Below, one piece after another: positions 47,646-59,000 of a stretch of 64,000 nt of DNA (position 1 is the first letter of the stretch; each line of letters begins with the position of its first letter). Both the position numbers and the translations under genes were made by a program. Source of the DNA: an uncultured virus (IMG/VR IMGVR_UViG_3300036045_000006) (lineage: Duplodnaviria > Heunggongvirae > Uroviricota > Caudoviricetes); IMG/VR virus record IMGVR_UViG_3300036045_000006; one strand, 5' to 3'. The notes below the pieces were generated by a model. It searched no databases. It saw only the letters and a program-made list of their open reading frames with translations, and had not been told where the DNA came from.

Positions 47646-49505
47646 GTGATGGACTTATGGCAATCATCAATATTGTGGCAATTCACTGTGATGTTTGTGG
47701 TGATATGTCTGATCCCAGAGCAACCAGTGCGGAAGCCCGCACTGTAGCGGACGCAGACGGATGGACGCAGTATGAACACCGGAGCGGATTATACGATCTG
47801 TGTCCGGCCTGCTCCAGCAATCCAGTCGCCGCCATTACGGGCGATTGGCCGCCTGCGTCCACGTTGCTGACGGTGATAGCGACTATCACATCACATGAAA
47901 TTCGACCGACATTTACGGTTGACCTGGATGACGTTCATGATTAACTCGTTCATCCAAATCGCGCCACTTTCCACGTCAATCTGTAGTTGTCTATGCGCCG
48001 GAGATCGACAGGCTGTTTGTTCATGAATCCATCGAGGACAGACTATGGCTGAAAACCAGACACTCGACACGGCCACCCACAAACGCATGGCCCAGCGCGC
48101 ACAACAGGCGATCGATCACATTGCTGACATCGCCGTTGGCCGTGCAAAATTTCGGATGCGTATCCCGGTGCAGCAGGACGACAGCGACATACTCTTGGCG
48201 GAGCAGGCCGAAAACGTGCTGCTGCTTCTGCGTCAGGCGACGCTGTACAGCGCGGAGTGTGCCGACCTGGAAGGCCAGAAGGACGGGATCGTGGGCCTGT
48301 TCTGGACGCTCGAAGAAGCGCAGGCCGCGTGCGATGAAGATGCAGATTTTCAGCTTGAATGGGAGCAGGAGCCAGACGATCCGCATTGGGTAGGTCGCAG
48401 CCGGGAAAGTTCACGAACCTACTATATTGAAGTCCGAGTTGTGGGTCAGGCGCGAAGCGATTTTGAGAGCGAGTCCTAGAAGGCGACTTATGAGCAAACT
48501 GACGGTCTACGTCTCTCAGTGCTTTTACTGGGACGAAAGGTCAGACGACCCGATCGTACTGCACGAAAGTTTTGACGACGCGGCGGCATTCTCCCAGACG
48601 CAGGCTGACGAAGTTCTGTCCTGGGAACTTCAGAAGGATGGCATGTGGAAGGCGCGCAACTGGAAGCACAACCGAATATTTTTTATCTATCGCTGGCGCG
48701 TCGGCGAAGAGTTGACGGTTTAGAGTGAGGAGGGAAGCGATGAGCAAGGCATGGACTGAGCAGGATTACGAAGACCTTAAGGAAAAATACAGGTTACTGC
48801 ATACGCCGGAAGCGGTCGTGGACATTATCAAGAGTCGGCTAGCGACCGGCAATCACGCGCCGAACGGCACGGAGGAGTTACTGGCGTGGATACTCAATCT
48901 CGTTGACGCCAAACCCAAACTGAAGGAATCCGCAAAGCTGAAGTTCAAGCCCAGGGATCGGGTGCGGATCACCACAACTCCGGAGAATGTACAAGGCGTC
49001 ATTGACAGGGTTGATTCATCGGATGAGGACGGCACCTGGTATCGTGTTCAGGTCTCCGCTGGCTGGTCCACATGGCGGAGAGAAGCGGAATTAGAGAGGG
49101 TGGAGTGATGGATCAGCGGTTTGAACTGTCAGCGGATTATCAAGCTGAGGAGGACAGATGAGTTTGCCAACCCCTGACGATCTGGAAATCTCGCTTTTGG
49201 CGAATATTACGTCAGAAGAAATCGCGATCTGGGAACGTGACACCATGGCGCGCATTGGCATCTGGCTGGAAAATAACGCGAAGAGGTGGCGAAAGAACCC
49301 TAACGAAGTGCTGCGTTACAACTACAAGGTGCCGTACTCATTCTGGCAAAACGACATCGACCAGAAACGCAAATACAAACTCTGGCAGATACATCGGTCA
49401 ACGATCGCCAGTCACCTGCGTGAAGCGGGATGGGACGTAAAGATCGGTGATGCGTCTTATAGCACAACCCTTCACATTCGTCCCTCTAAGAACCTCCCCA
49501 CCTGA
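47642..49505 (+). other. Run of small hypothetical genes (47642-47944 with CxxC motifs, 48045-48479, ~48490-48723, ~48740-49108, 49158-49505)
   Basis: Co-oriented short ORFs, several with RBS, ending at the terminator. Confidence 0.55.
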
Positions 49506-49507
49506 AT

Positions 49508-49540
49508 CAAAACGTCCCCATCATCGGGGACGTTTCATTT
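49508..49540. terminator. Bidirectional terminator
   Basis: AAACGTCCCC 49510-49519 / GGGGACGTTT 49526-49535 between convergent operons. Confidence 0.85.
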
Positions 49541-49551
49541 ACGTGCAGCGT

Positions 49552-50040
49552 CTAGCCCTGTGGCTCGTCGTCATCGTTCCAGGAGATCGGCGTATCCGTC
49601 CGGGCAGGTGTCGATGCAGCCACGGGAGCAGGTGGCTGCTTCTGACGTTCCAGATACGCGAGGAACTCCTGATACTGGTCGCGCAGCTGCTGGCTGCGTT
49701 TATCGTCCAGTGTGCCCGGTGTGAGGCGCGTAAACTGCTGGTACAGGTCGAGCGCCGGATCGACGACCGGCATTAACGACGGAATAAGTTTTTCCATCTT
49801 GTCTGCCGGAATGCTGCTGTGCAGCAGCCATGCGACCAATGCCACCAGTCCGAACACGGCCAGGTCCGTCAGACGCAGCGGCTCCGCCTCTTCGTCAACC
49901 GTGACGACGATCGGGGCAGGGGATGGACTGACCGGCGCCGCGACCTCGGTCGCTTCAGCGGTGGCTTCCTGGGCAAAGGCCAGGCCGGGGATGAGCAGAG
50001 CCAGCAGCACCAGCGCCAGCGCGAACAATAGTCGGTTCAT
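49552..50040 (-). CDS. Membrane protein with signal peptide (lysis-module position, holin-like)
   Basis: N-terminal signal ending AFA, second TM helix, TPGTLDD motif; RBS GGAGGA. Confidence 0.55.
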   Translation of the reverse strand: MNRLLFALALVLLALLIPGLAFAQEATAEATEVAAPVSPSPAPIVVTVDEEAEPLRLTDLAVFGLVALVAWLLHSSIPADKMEKLIPSLMPVVDPALDLYQQFTRLTPGTLDDKRSQQLRDQYQEFLAYLERQKQPPAPVAASTPARTDTPISWNDDDEPQG

Positions 50041-50049
50041 AGAGTCCTC

Positions 50050-50850
50050 CTAATCCAGAAAAAACTGACGGACAAACTCGATAATGCCTGGCAGGTTGAT
50101 ACTGAGTAGGGTCAGCAGACCGATCAGCAGGCCCACCAGCAGCGCCTCACCAAAACGAGTGTTCAGCAGAAACCCGCCCAGCAATGACCAGCGTCGCCGC
50201 CGCGCTTCCTGTTTGCGCTGTTCGGCACGCATAAACTCAAACACGGTCATGAGAAGTTCCCTCTGCTGAGCGATGTCGGCTTTCACTTCTTCCTTGCTGA
50301 GCGCAATGGCGGTGCGGATGCCAGGACGTGATTTATCGGTTGCGTCACCCTTAAATTCATCCTCAAATATCTTCAGGCGACCGTTGAAATTCTCGATCAT
50401 GGCGGCGGCTTGAATTTGATTATCTGTCAGTATTGTCAGCCGGTAGCGAATATCGCTTTCGATGTCGCCAATCCGGCGGGTGTGATCCCGCACCAGTTCA
50501 TCGCGGGCCTCGATGCTGTCATCGAGACCCGTTAACTGCGAACTGATGCCCTTGACTTTGACCTCAATCTGACCCAGCCCTTCGGCCAGCTGCTGTACTG
50601 ACGGATTCAGCGTTGCCAACTGCGTCTGGATCGCAGCGAATTTACTGACCACCGCTGCGACCTGTTCGTTTATGGCGTTGATCTGCTGGTCACGCTGATC
50701 CAATGCCGACCGCAGATCGGCCTGCGTCACAAAATGACGGCTGTCCAGAATGCGGTGAATCTGCGTGTCCATCTCTTCCGCAACGATGCGGCGAATATTC
50801 GCCAGCAGCGGTTCTTCGGACGACAGCGGCCCGGTATCCGGTACAGTCAC
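50050..50850 (-). CDS. Coiled-coil protein with C-terminal membrane anchor
   Basis: Long heptad region, RRRRW then hydrophobic helices; GTG 50850 overlaps the upstream stop. Confidence 0.6.
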   Translation of the reverse strand: MTVPDTGPLSSEEPLLANIRRIVAEEMDTQIHRILDSRHFVTQADLRSALDQRDQQINAINEQVAAVVSKFAAIQTQLATLNPSVQQLAEGLGQIEVKVKGISSQLTGLDDSIEARDELVRDHTRRIGDIESDIRYRLTILTDNQIQAAAMIENFNGRLKIFEDEFKGDATDKSRPGIRTAIALSKEEVKADIAQQRELLMTVFEFMRAEQRKQEARRRRWSLLGGFLLNTRFGEALLVGLLIGLLTLLSINLPGIIEFVRQFFLD

Positions 50851-51041
50851 AAGGTCTGCGCCTTCAGTTTCTGGTAGAGCGCTTCCACCAGATTGAGCCG
50901 CGTGCGCAGCATGGCGATCAGGTAATCCTTCTCGGCTTCCGTCAGTCGGTCGACCGTCATCAGCCTGAGCAGGCGGTAGAGCATCGTGAACGTCAGCGTT
51001 GCGAGCCACAGGCCTACGATGGAGTCCCACCGCCGCCACAC
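50847..51041 (-). CDS. Small membrane protein
   Basis: One TM helix followed by an amphipathic tail. Confidence 0.5.
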   Translation of the reverse strand: MWRRWDSIVGLWLATLTFTMLYRLLRLMTVDRLTEAEKDYLIAMLRTRLNLVEALYQKLKAQTL

Positions 51042-51044
51042 GGC

Positions 51045-51836
51045 CTAATGGCCCTGAAGTCCATCCGCCAGCGCGTTCGCCAGCAGCCGCAGCATACTCG
51101 CTGCTTCGGTCATCGAGCCGATGTTGTAAATGCCAAGAGTGCCCATCAGGTTTCCACGCCAGAGAATCGTGACGGTGATCTGCGGGTTCTCATCCGGTTC
51201 CGGTTCGGGGTCAGGGTCTGGCAGTGGATTGGGAGTTGGCTCTGGCAACGGATCGGGATCAAGTGCAGGTGTTGGCGCAGCGTTTTTCTTGAGGATCAGC
51301 GCCGGTGCGCCGTAACTGGGCGCGACCTTCTCGATCGTCACACGCAGCACATCCACAAAGCCGTCGTTGGATTTCCACAATGAGTCAAACATCAACCCAA
51401 AATCAATGATGACCGGCTCTGGCCCCACAACCTGGATCACTGCCAGCGATTCCTCGCCCTCGCTGTTGCGCGCGAACCGGGCGTCTGCTCCGGTGTGGCT
51501 GTAGCGCTGGCCCTCATGCGTGATTTCAAAGCCCCACCCCAGATCGGGGATCGGCCCGGCGGTCTGACGAGCAATCCGCGCCGCCAGCACATAACGGCCA
51601 GCAGGCAGGCTGATATTGCGCTGAAGATACCCAGCGCGCTCAAACTGCCGGTAAGCCACATGGAAGCGACTGCCGGACGGGGTCAGGTTGAACGCTTCCG
51701 GTGGCGGATTGTCCTCTGCCGCGTTGTCCTGCGTGATGATGTCCCATCCGGGTGGAAATGCCTGGTTACGCCCGAAGGGCGACTGCTCGCGTTCTACCCC
51801 GGCGAGCGTCGGGTTGGTGACAAAGGTCTCAGCCAT
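51045..51836 (-). CDS. Beta-sandwich (CBM-like) protein with Pro-rich linker; first gene of the lysis-position operon
   Basis: RBS AGGAG; NPTL...PPGW...AGYLQRNISLPAGRY; (PD/PE)n linker; no hydrolase motif recognised. Confidence 0.55.
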   Translation of the reverse strand: MAETFVTNPTLAGVEREQSPFGRNQAFPPGWDIITQDNAAEDNPPPEAFNLTPSGSRFHVAYRQFERAGYLQRNISLPAGRYVLAARIARQTAGPIPDLGWGFEITHEGQRYSHTGADARFARNSEGEESLAVIQVVGPEPVIIDFGLMFDSLWKSNDGFVDVLRVTIEKVAPSYGAPALILKKNAAPTPALDPDPLPEPTPNPLPDPDPEPEPDENPQITVTILWRGNLMGTLGIYNIGSMTEAASMLRLLANALADGLQGH

Positions 51837-51851
51837 TTTCTCCTGCTAACG

Positions 51852-51885
51852 GAACAGATGTTCCACTTACTCGTCTATTGTATCA
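51852..51885 (-). promoter_or_regulatory. Extended -10 promoter with perfect LexA-type box
   Basis: TGaTACAAT (51877-51885 on -); GAACAGATGTTC at 51852-51863, between promoter and RBS. Confidence 0.75.
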
Positions 51886-51891
51886 TTGACT

Positions 51892-52218
51892 TCAGACATG
51901 ATCCATCGATCCAAGGCTTGCAATCAGCGCGTTGATCTCACATTGCCACCAATATCCACGACCACCGGCGACGATGCGTCCATCATCAATACGATTCATT
52001 AAACAGAATTGACGCGACCATCGTTGACTGGCATTTTCCAGTCTGTGAAATTCTCCACTGATCAAACAACCGCCATCTCGAATGAGATAGACATCGGTTG
52101 TCACGAGTTCATATGGATACCTTCCATCACAAGTGTGCAATTGCCGATTGACTTCAATCGATATTAGCAATAGGCATAAACTGAGAAAGATCAGCACTAT
52201 CTTTGCGCAGCGAGACAT
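51892..52218 (-). CDS. Small AT-rich membrane-anchored Cys-containing protein
   Basis: N-terminal TM IVLIFLSLCLLLISI; lower GC than flanks. Confidence 0.45.
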   Translation of the reverse strand: MSRCAKIVLIFLSLCLLLISIEVNRQLHTCDGRYPYELVTTDVYLIRDGGCLISGEFHRLENASQRWSRQFCLMNRIDDGRIVAGGRGYWWQCEINALIASLGSMDHV

Positions 52219-53972
52219 GAACCACGCACCCGGACATTCAATTCGATAATTCCCTGAGATCCCCAAGCCTGGATCATAGATTGATTAATACCGACCTCTG
52301 CATTACGTTGACCACAGCGAAACTCAATTGAATGATCCCGGTAGATACTACCGGTTTGTTCAAACAAAATATCAGTAATGTCACATTCCACATTGATCGA
52401 CTGATTAACGCCACTTGCCCACGGCCCGCCAAGTCGATTTGTATATTCTATTCCGTTGATGAATAACCTGAGATCAGACGGATACTCCGTGTGAATATTG
52501 CAGCGCCAGTAACCCGCGACATAAGATATCCCAGGCGGCGGAACCTCGACAAATGATAAAAAGTTTGATGTGTTGTCCAATGGTCGCGTCTTAAATCTGA
52601 TCCTCACCCGATCAATTTCGGTGATCTCTTCGTCAATTTCTAACTTAAAGACAGCCCATTTGTGATCAGAAAAAGCAAAGTTCCCATCGTTCATAATGGT
52701 ATCTGTCCAGGTGTTCTCGCTCCATATAGCCGTGTTCTTCGGTTCGCGGTGGATCAGTCTTACATCCTCCATCGTCTGCACCACGGCGCTCATGGTGTCC
52801 TGGTGCGGACGATCCACGTTGCTGATCTCCAGATCCAGCGACAGCCCGTCTGGTGACAGACGCTCGCTTGCTGAGGTGATATAGAACATCCCGCTGACGG
52901 TCTCGTCAGCGAATACGTCGTCATATGCACTGCGTACATCGCCGTGATACCACAACCGGATCATGTCGCCGGTACGCACCGTCCTGGCGCACTTGGTGAC
53001 GGATACCCGGTAGGTGGTTTGTTCAACAGCGGCCCGTGCCATCCATTCCCTGCCAGCCTGCAAAAGCGCATTGGATGATCGTCGTTTGCCCTCGACGGAG
53101 TTGTTGATCTGCGTGATCTCTTTGAATGTGACAGCCATCTCCCGGCGTCCGTAGCGCGCAATGCTGGCCGCGTCCTCGATGTAATAGTAGGTCTTGCCGT
53201 CATCTTCCACGCGGCTTTTCACGTCGGGGTCGTCGCTGTATTTCAACGTCAGCGCTGCTGTACCCTCCCCATTGCCAAACACAAACGCCGCATTGGTCAC
53301 GTCTTCGCTGTCGGCCAAAATTTGCATCGAGGTGATAAACGCCACGTCCGCATTATCGTTCTGGTATGGCACAGCAGAATTGATGTTCATGAGTGTGAGA
53401 TTGATGTCGGTGGCAAACCGGCCCATCTCAAGCACCGGCGCGCCCAGCATCGGCTGGGGCAGCTTCTCTCGAAGGTGCAGCCCTAACTGCTTCGCCATCG
53501 TCTGAAGAATTTTCAGGCTGGATGCGCCGGTGTAACGCCCGTCGATCGTGACGTTTTCCAGACCCGCTTCCAGTTCCACCCGCCAGCCAGCGCGGGCCGC
53601 GACCTGGTTGGCCGCAACGTTAAGGAGCGTATCGTCAAAGACTGCAAAGCTCACGACATGTTTCAGATCGGCCAGCGCATCCGTGCCTGTGCCGCTGCGC
53701 GTCTTGCCGCCGGTGGAGACATTCTTGCGCAGCTTCTGAATAGTGCCCCGGCAGAATTCGCGGTACTGGCCGTTCTGCTCGACCTTAATCTGCACGCGCG
53801 TTTCGGTTGTAAAAAACCGCATCGTGCGCTCATCCCCGACCGGCACGTCGATCTGAATCGTGCCCGCACCGTCCAGCTTGCGGTTGACGCTGGCCGAGAG
53901 AATCTTGATCGGCCCTTCCGCGTCCGGGTGCTTCACCCATCCAGGTGTATATACATCCGCCAGGATATTCAT
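52197..53972 (-). CDS. Tail tip/baseplate hub (Tal-like) protein
   Basis: VNRKLDGAGTIQI N-terminus, YIEDAASIARYGRRE, VRTGDMIRL...ITS; siphovirus tail position. Confidence 0.75.
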   Translation of the reverse strand: MNILADVYTPGWVKHPDAEGPIKILSASVNRKLDGAGTIQIDVPVGDERTMRFFTTETRVQIKVEQNGQYREFCRGTIQKLRKNVSTGGKTRSGTGTDALADLKHVVSFAVFDDTLLNVAANQVAARAGWRVELEAGLENVTIDGRYTGASSLKILQTMAKQLGLHLREKLPQPMLGAPVLEMGRFATDINLTLMNINSAVPYQNDNADVAFITSMQILADSEDVTNAAFVFGNGEGTAALTLKYSDDPDVKSRVEDDGKTYYYIEDAASIARYGRREMAVTFKEITQINNSVEGKRRSSNALLQAGREWMARAAVEQTTYRVSVTKCARTVRTGDMIRLWYHGDVRSAYDDVFADETVSGMFYITSASERLSPDGLSLDLEISNVDRPHQDTMSAVVQTMEDVRLIHREPKNTAIWSENTWTDTIMNDGNFAFSDHKWAVFKLEIDEEITEIDRVRIRFKTRPLDNTSNFLSFVEVPPPGISYVAGYWRCNIHTEYPSDLRLFINGIEYTNRLGGPWASGVNQSINVECDITDILFEQTGSIYRDHSIEFRCGQRNAEVGINQSMIQAWGSQGIIELNVRVRGSCLAAQR

Positions 53973-55156
53973 CAGTCGCTTTCCACCATCATGGTGCGGA
54001 TCAATATGGATTTGGCAACTGCCGCCTGTGTATAGGCGATCACCACCAGCGACAGGTTATCCGTCGCGGCGGGCAGGGTGGCGGACAGCGACGTCTCGGT
54101 ACTGTCGTTGACGCTAAAATAAGCCTGCCCCATACTGGCGTCGTACCGCACGCGCAGCAGGTATCTCGTGTTGGTTGCAATCGATCCAATCGGCGCGCCC
54201 AGGGTTTGCGCCACGCCGGTGCAGGTGACTGGCCGCCAGCCGGCGTCGCCAGCCGTTGTCGAATAACGGAAACCGAGGTAAGGATTTGACAACGTATCGC
54301 TGTTGGCAACGGTTGTATTAAACAGGCCGACATAAATGCGAACTGCTGAAATGTCCGCCCCGGTGCGAATCACAGCTTCGAATGTAGGGCTGTGACCAAT
54401 GCGAACCGCTTGCAGCGTATTCAGCACAAATGCCAGGCCGCCAGCCGATGCAGGGGTTGCATAGGCTGTGTAGTGGCTGTCGGACTGATGAGATGATGTG
54501 GCTGTGCCTCCTATCGTTGCGCCCTCCGCACCCAGAGGGACGACACCGGCATTGGACGACTGATACCCCCACCACCGGCGTCGCGCGAAACCCGGCAGCA
54601 CGTCCAGCCGCCGCGTGCTGCCGACCGTCACCAGGCTGCGCGACGGAACGACGAGATCAGTGATGCTGGTATTTGCGGCCGGGATTTGCGTCACTAGGCG
54701 GAACGACATGTCCTGCGCGATGCCGACCACATTCGCAAGTCCTGCGAATTTGTAAAGCGCCAGGACTTTGTTCGTGTCGTTGAGGACATAATCCTGCTGG
54801 TTTTGCAGGTAGATATTGCCCCCGACGGCCAGGTGCTTCACGGTGATAACGCGCGCATTATTCTTGATGCGAATGTAGATCACCTGGCCGTCAACCATGC
54901 TGTTGATGGCAACCAGATCGTCGGATCCGACCAGGCCAAATGTGTCCAGAATGTGCTGGCTCAGCGTCGCGGTAAACGCGCCGTTGACATCCAGCGTGAC
55001 TTCGGTCCCGGCCTGGGACGGCCCGTTGACCAGGCGCCTCGTCGGGATAACGCCCGTCTGCATGTTCTTGATCGCAGTTTCCAGACCCGCAAAATTGGTA
55101 TTGAGCGGGTCGTTATCGGCGATCCCATCCGGGATTACGGTATAGTAGTCAGGCAT
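53972..55156 (-). CDS. Minor tail protein / putative receptor-binding protein
   Basis: Between Dit and hub; lectin-like C-terminal beta-sandwich. Confidence 0.65.
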   Translation of the reverse strand: MPDYYTVIPDGIADNDPLNTNFAGLETAIKNMQTGVIPTRRLVNGPSQAGTEVTLDVNGAFTATLSQHILDTFGLVGSDDLVAINSMVDGQVIYIRIKNNARVITVKHLAVGGNIYLQNQQDYVLNDTNKVLALYKFAGLANVVGIAQDMSFRLVTQIPAANTSITDLVVPSRSLVTVGSTRRLDVLPGFARRRWWGYQSSNAGVVPLGAEGATIGGTATSSHQSDSHYTAYATPASAGGLAFVLNTLQAVRIGHSPTFEAVIRTGADISAVRIYVGLFNTTVANSDTLSNPYLGFRYSTTAGDAGWRPVTCTGVAQTLGAPIGSIATNTRYLLRVRYDASMGQAYFSVNDSTETSLSATLPAATDNLSLVVIAYTQAAVAKSILIRTMMVESD

Positions 55157-55159
55157 TTT

Positions 55160-56023
55160 TTAACTCCATGCGTCATAAAAACCGACGCGGATTGCAGCGG
55201 GTGCGGCCAGCGTGCCATTCAGCTGAAGGGTGTTTGCGCCCGGCTCCAGGCGCAGGTATCCGGTTCCAGCAATGACATCGGTCAGGTGGTAGGCGCTAAC
55301 CAGTCCAGTACTGGTGAACTGAGTGATACTCAGATCCCAGCCGTTGATGATCAATTTATCCCCGGCCGCCAGGCTGCTGCGCCAGAAGAAGCCATCGACC
55401 TCACGTCCGTTTTCTATGCGCGCGATCCGAATGTTGCTGGACGTACCGGTCGCCGTCAGTGTCAGATGAATCGGCGTATCGGTATCGCCGTTGTTGGTCA
55501 GCGTCCAGGTATCGCCGTCGCCTCCCGTGGTGCTGAGTTGCGGTGCGGCCCAGTTGTTTTCACCCCACAGCGTGCCGTCGCCCCACTCCCACCCTGATCG
55601 GCTGTACCAGCGGGGATCCTCCGCGCTGAAATTGATGCGCACCGGCTGGATCAGATCGGTGTGTTTGTGCAACTGCTCGTTCATGCCGATATTGGCGACC
55701 TTGCACACGCAGAAGCGCGCCGGACGGGTGGCGTGCGCGGGCTTCATCCAGAGCGTGCCGCGTCCCCAACGTTCCATACGTTTCACATCGCGGCGGAGAT
55801 CGTCCATGCCGTCGCGTAAATACGCCCGCAGATTAAAGTCCAGCGAGATCGATCCGATTTCTTTGCGATAAGGCCGATCCTGTTCCTGATCCACGCCGCC
55901 ATCCATGCCAACGGCGCGCTGCATCCGCTGAAGCACCTGCGTGAAATTGGTCGTCAGCGCTTCCTGATAGATCGGAAACGTGTACTGGTTGCCCTTTGCG
56001 CGGAAATACAGAATCTGCGTCAT
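55160..56023 (-). CDS. Distal tail protein (Dit)
   Basis: Follows TMP; FSAEDPRWY, TNNGDTDTP, LRLEPGANTL...FYDAW. Confidence 0.85.
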   Translation of the reverse strand: MTQILYFRAKGNQYTFPIYQEALTTNFTQVLQRMQRAVGMDGGVDQEQDRPYRKEIGSISLDFNLRAYLRDGMDDLRRDVKRMERWGRGTLWMKPAHATRPARFCVCKVANIGMNEQLHKHTDLIQPVRINFSAEDPRWYSRSGWEWGDGTLWGENNWAAPQLSTTGGDGDTWTLTNNGDTDTPIHLTLTATGTSSNIRIARIENGREVDGFFWRSSLAAGDKLIINGWDLSITQFTSTGLVSAYHLTDVIAGTGYLRLEPGANTLQLNGTLAAPAAIRVGFYDAWS

Positions 56024-59000
56024 CCCTGCGCTCTCCTTAACTGCTCGATTTGATCCCACGCGCCGCGTCCGGCCGCCTGACCTTCCTCATAGGAGTTGGC
56101 GTAGACGTTCATCGAACCCACCAACGGCGACTGCTGCTGGCTGCCCGCTGCAATGGCGCTCAACACCCGGTCAAAGTTGGGAATAAACTGACCGTTTGTC
56201 GAGGGAACAAAGAGTTCGGGCTGTGCCCCAGCCCCAATCATATACGCCTGACCGGCCCATCCCGGACCGCCGCTGTCTCTGAAGATGCCAGAGATACCGC
56301 GCCCGACATCACGCAGGAAACCGCCCGTGTTGTCTATGCCGCGCAGCACGCCCGTTCCGCTCCGGAACGGACTGGCCGCTTCAACCGCATTGATCGCGCC
56401 GCCGACGGTGCTGCTAATTCCATTCACGACATCACCCACTGTGCCTGCCACCCGCTGCACCACCTCGACGATCGACTCGATCAGGTCGATCACGGGCTGA
56501 ATAATATTGGTACTGACAAAATTGAAAACCGCCGACAGCGAATCCCGGAACAGATTAATGCCGACAGACACCGCTGACCAGATACCAGCGAGGATGTCGA
56601 TCAGTCCTTGGATTGCCGGTGTGATGACCCCGGTGATCACGCCTTCGATGATCGGCCAGCCGGTGGTGGTGAACCAATCGATCAGACCCTGGATGACCGG
56701 GCTGACCAGGTTCCAGATGTCCTGCAGGATTCCGATGAAGGTCTGAATAATGGGAATAGCGACGTTGTTAATAAAGTCCAGCGCCAGCGGCAGTCCGGTC
56801 GTAATAAACCAGTCGACCAGGAAGGTGATGATCGGACCGACCACCTCCCAGATGCCGCGCAGGACGTTGATGAACTGGCCGATCGCGGGAATGACCGTGC
56901 CGGAAATAAAGTTGAGGATCGCCGGCAGCGCGTCCTGGAGGAACCAGGTAGCCAGTGCTGCTAACGCGGGGGCGACGACCGCCCACAGTCCGGCCAGCGT
57001 GTTGATGACCGTCTGAATAAGGGGCAGCAGTTGATCCCGGATCACCGCCACGATCGCGGGCACGGCTTCGGTCAGGAACCAGTTGGCGATCTGCACCAGC
57101 GCGGGAGCGACCACCGCCCAGGCATTCGCCAGGAACTGGAAGAAGGATTGAATCGCGGGGATGACTGTCCCGGTGATGAACGCGGCGATCGCGGGCAGCG
57201 CATCGACCACGAACCAGGTATACATCGCTTCCAGCCCAGGCCGGATCACCGTCTCCCAGGCCGTCCCCAGCCACTCGAAGAAACTGCGGATAGCAGGCAG
57301 CGCCACGTCGATTACAAAATTTACAATCGCGGGCAGACCTTCAGACACAAACCAGCTGACCAGTGCCTGAAAGCCAGGGATCACGATTTGTGTGATGAAC
57401 GTCGCCAATGTCTCAAAGACGCCGCGCACAGTGTTGACCACCCGTTGCGTCGCCTGATATAAGCTCTGCACGACTGCGATCGCCCGATCGCGTGCCATGC
57501 CGAAGCTGACCAGCACGCCCTCCAGCGTGCTTTGCATGGTCTCGTCCATTGTGCCTTCGCCAAAAATTCCTAAGATGGCTTCATGCAATCCGAAATCTCT
57601 GAGGTAGGCGAAAAACGTGTCAATCGCAAATACAAGCCGCTCGAATCCCCTGGATAACGTGTCAATCACCGGCTGCACCAGGTCTCTGATGCCGCCCAGG
57701 TTAGATTGAAATGCAGCGTACAATCCTGCTATCGCGCCGACGATCAGCCCGATCGGACTGAACAGCAAACCAAAAGCCGCGCCCAGCCCGCCTATGGCTG
57801 TGCCCACCGCCGTAACGAACCCGCCGATACCGATCAGGATCGGACCCAGCACGCCCAGCGCCGCGACGACCACGCCGATCGTGCGCGCCAGGCCGGGGTT
57901 CTCCTGCACCCATCCCGTGATGGCGCGGATGACTGGACGCACCGCGCCAACAATATCGTTCAGCACGGGCAGCATGGCCTGACCAATCTCAATCGCCAGT
58001 CCGCTGATGCTGGACTTCAGCAGGTCAAACTGCGCGGCGGCGCTCTCCATCTGAATTTCGCGGGCCGCCGTCGTCGCGCCGTCGATGCCATCAACGTAAG
58101 TTTCAGAAAATTCTGTGAAATTCTCCGAGGCCAGCGCTGTGACGCCGCGCAGGGCTTCCACCGAGCCGACCATCGGCGCGATCGCGTCCTGACCGAATTC
58201 ACCGGCCAGCGCCTGGTACGCGCCGACCAGCCCCAGCTGCTCGACTGCCGCGCGTCCACTGGCGAAGCCCAGGCGCTGCAACCCGGCCCGCATTCGCTCG
58301 TTGGGGTTCAGCAGCGCGGACATCATCGCGCCTAACTGCGTGGTGGCCTGAGATGCGGTATTGCCCTGCGTGGTGAGGTAGGCCGCCGATGCGCCCAAAT
58401 CCTCAAGCCTGATCCCCATGGAATTGGCCAGCCCGGTAACCTGCGGCAGCGCGGAGGCGAACTGATCCATCGTGCCGACACCCATCCCAACCGTTCGGGT
58501 CAGCACGTCGGAAGCAAACGCTGCCTGATCCGCGCTGTACCCGTAACTGTTCATGATGGAGATCATGGCGTTGGTGGCGCCGCCGAGGTTGGCGTTACCC
58601 GCTTCGGCCAGCGCGATCGCGTTGGTCAGGATGTCCATGTGGGTGGAAGCATCCGCGACGCCGCCGACCACATCGTACATCGCGTCCGCGACCGACTGAG
58701 GCCCGAAACGACTTTCCTCGCCCATCCGTTGCAGTTCGTTGGACATGGCCTGCATTTCGGACAGCGGACGGCCCATCACCGCGGCAATGTTGGCGATCGA
58801 TTCCTCGAAGTTCACCGCGCTTCGAGTGGCTACGCCCAGACCCGCCGCGAACGGCGTAAACGTCTGGGTCAGCTGCGATCCCAACCCACTTAACTGCTGA
58901 CCGACACCGCGCAGACCGTCGCCAATCCCGGACAGGCCAGCGGAAAACGCGCGCCGGGCTTCGTCCATCCCCGCGCGTACACCGCTGGCATCAATGACCA

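Noticed and set aside
52197..55156. Diversity-generating retroelement targeting tail genes
   Set aside because: No reverse transcriptase and no template/variable repeat pair seen.
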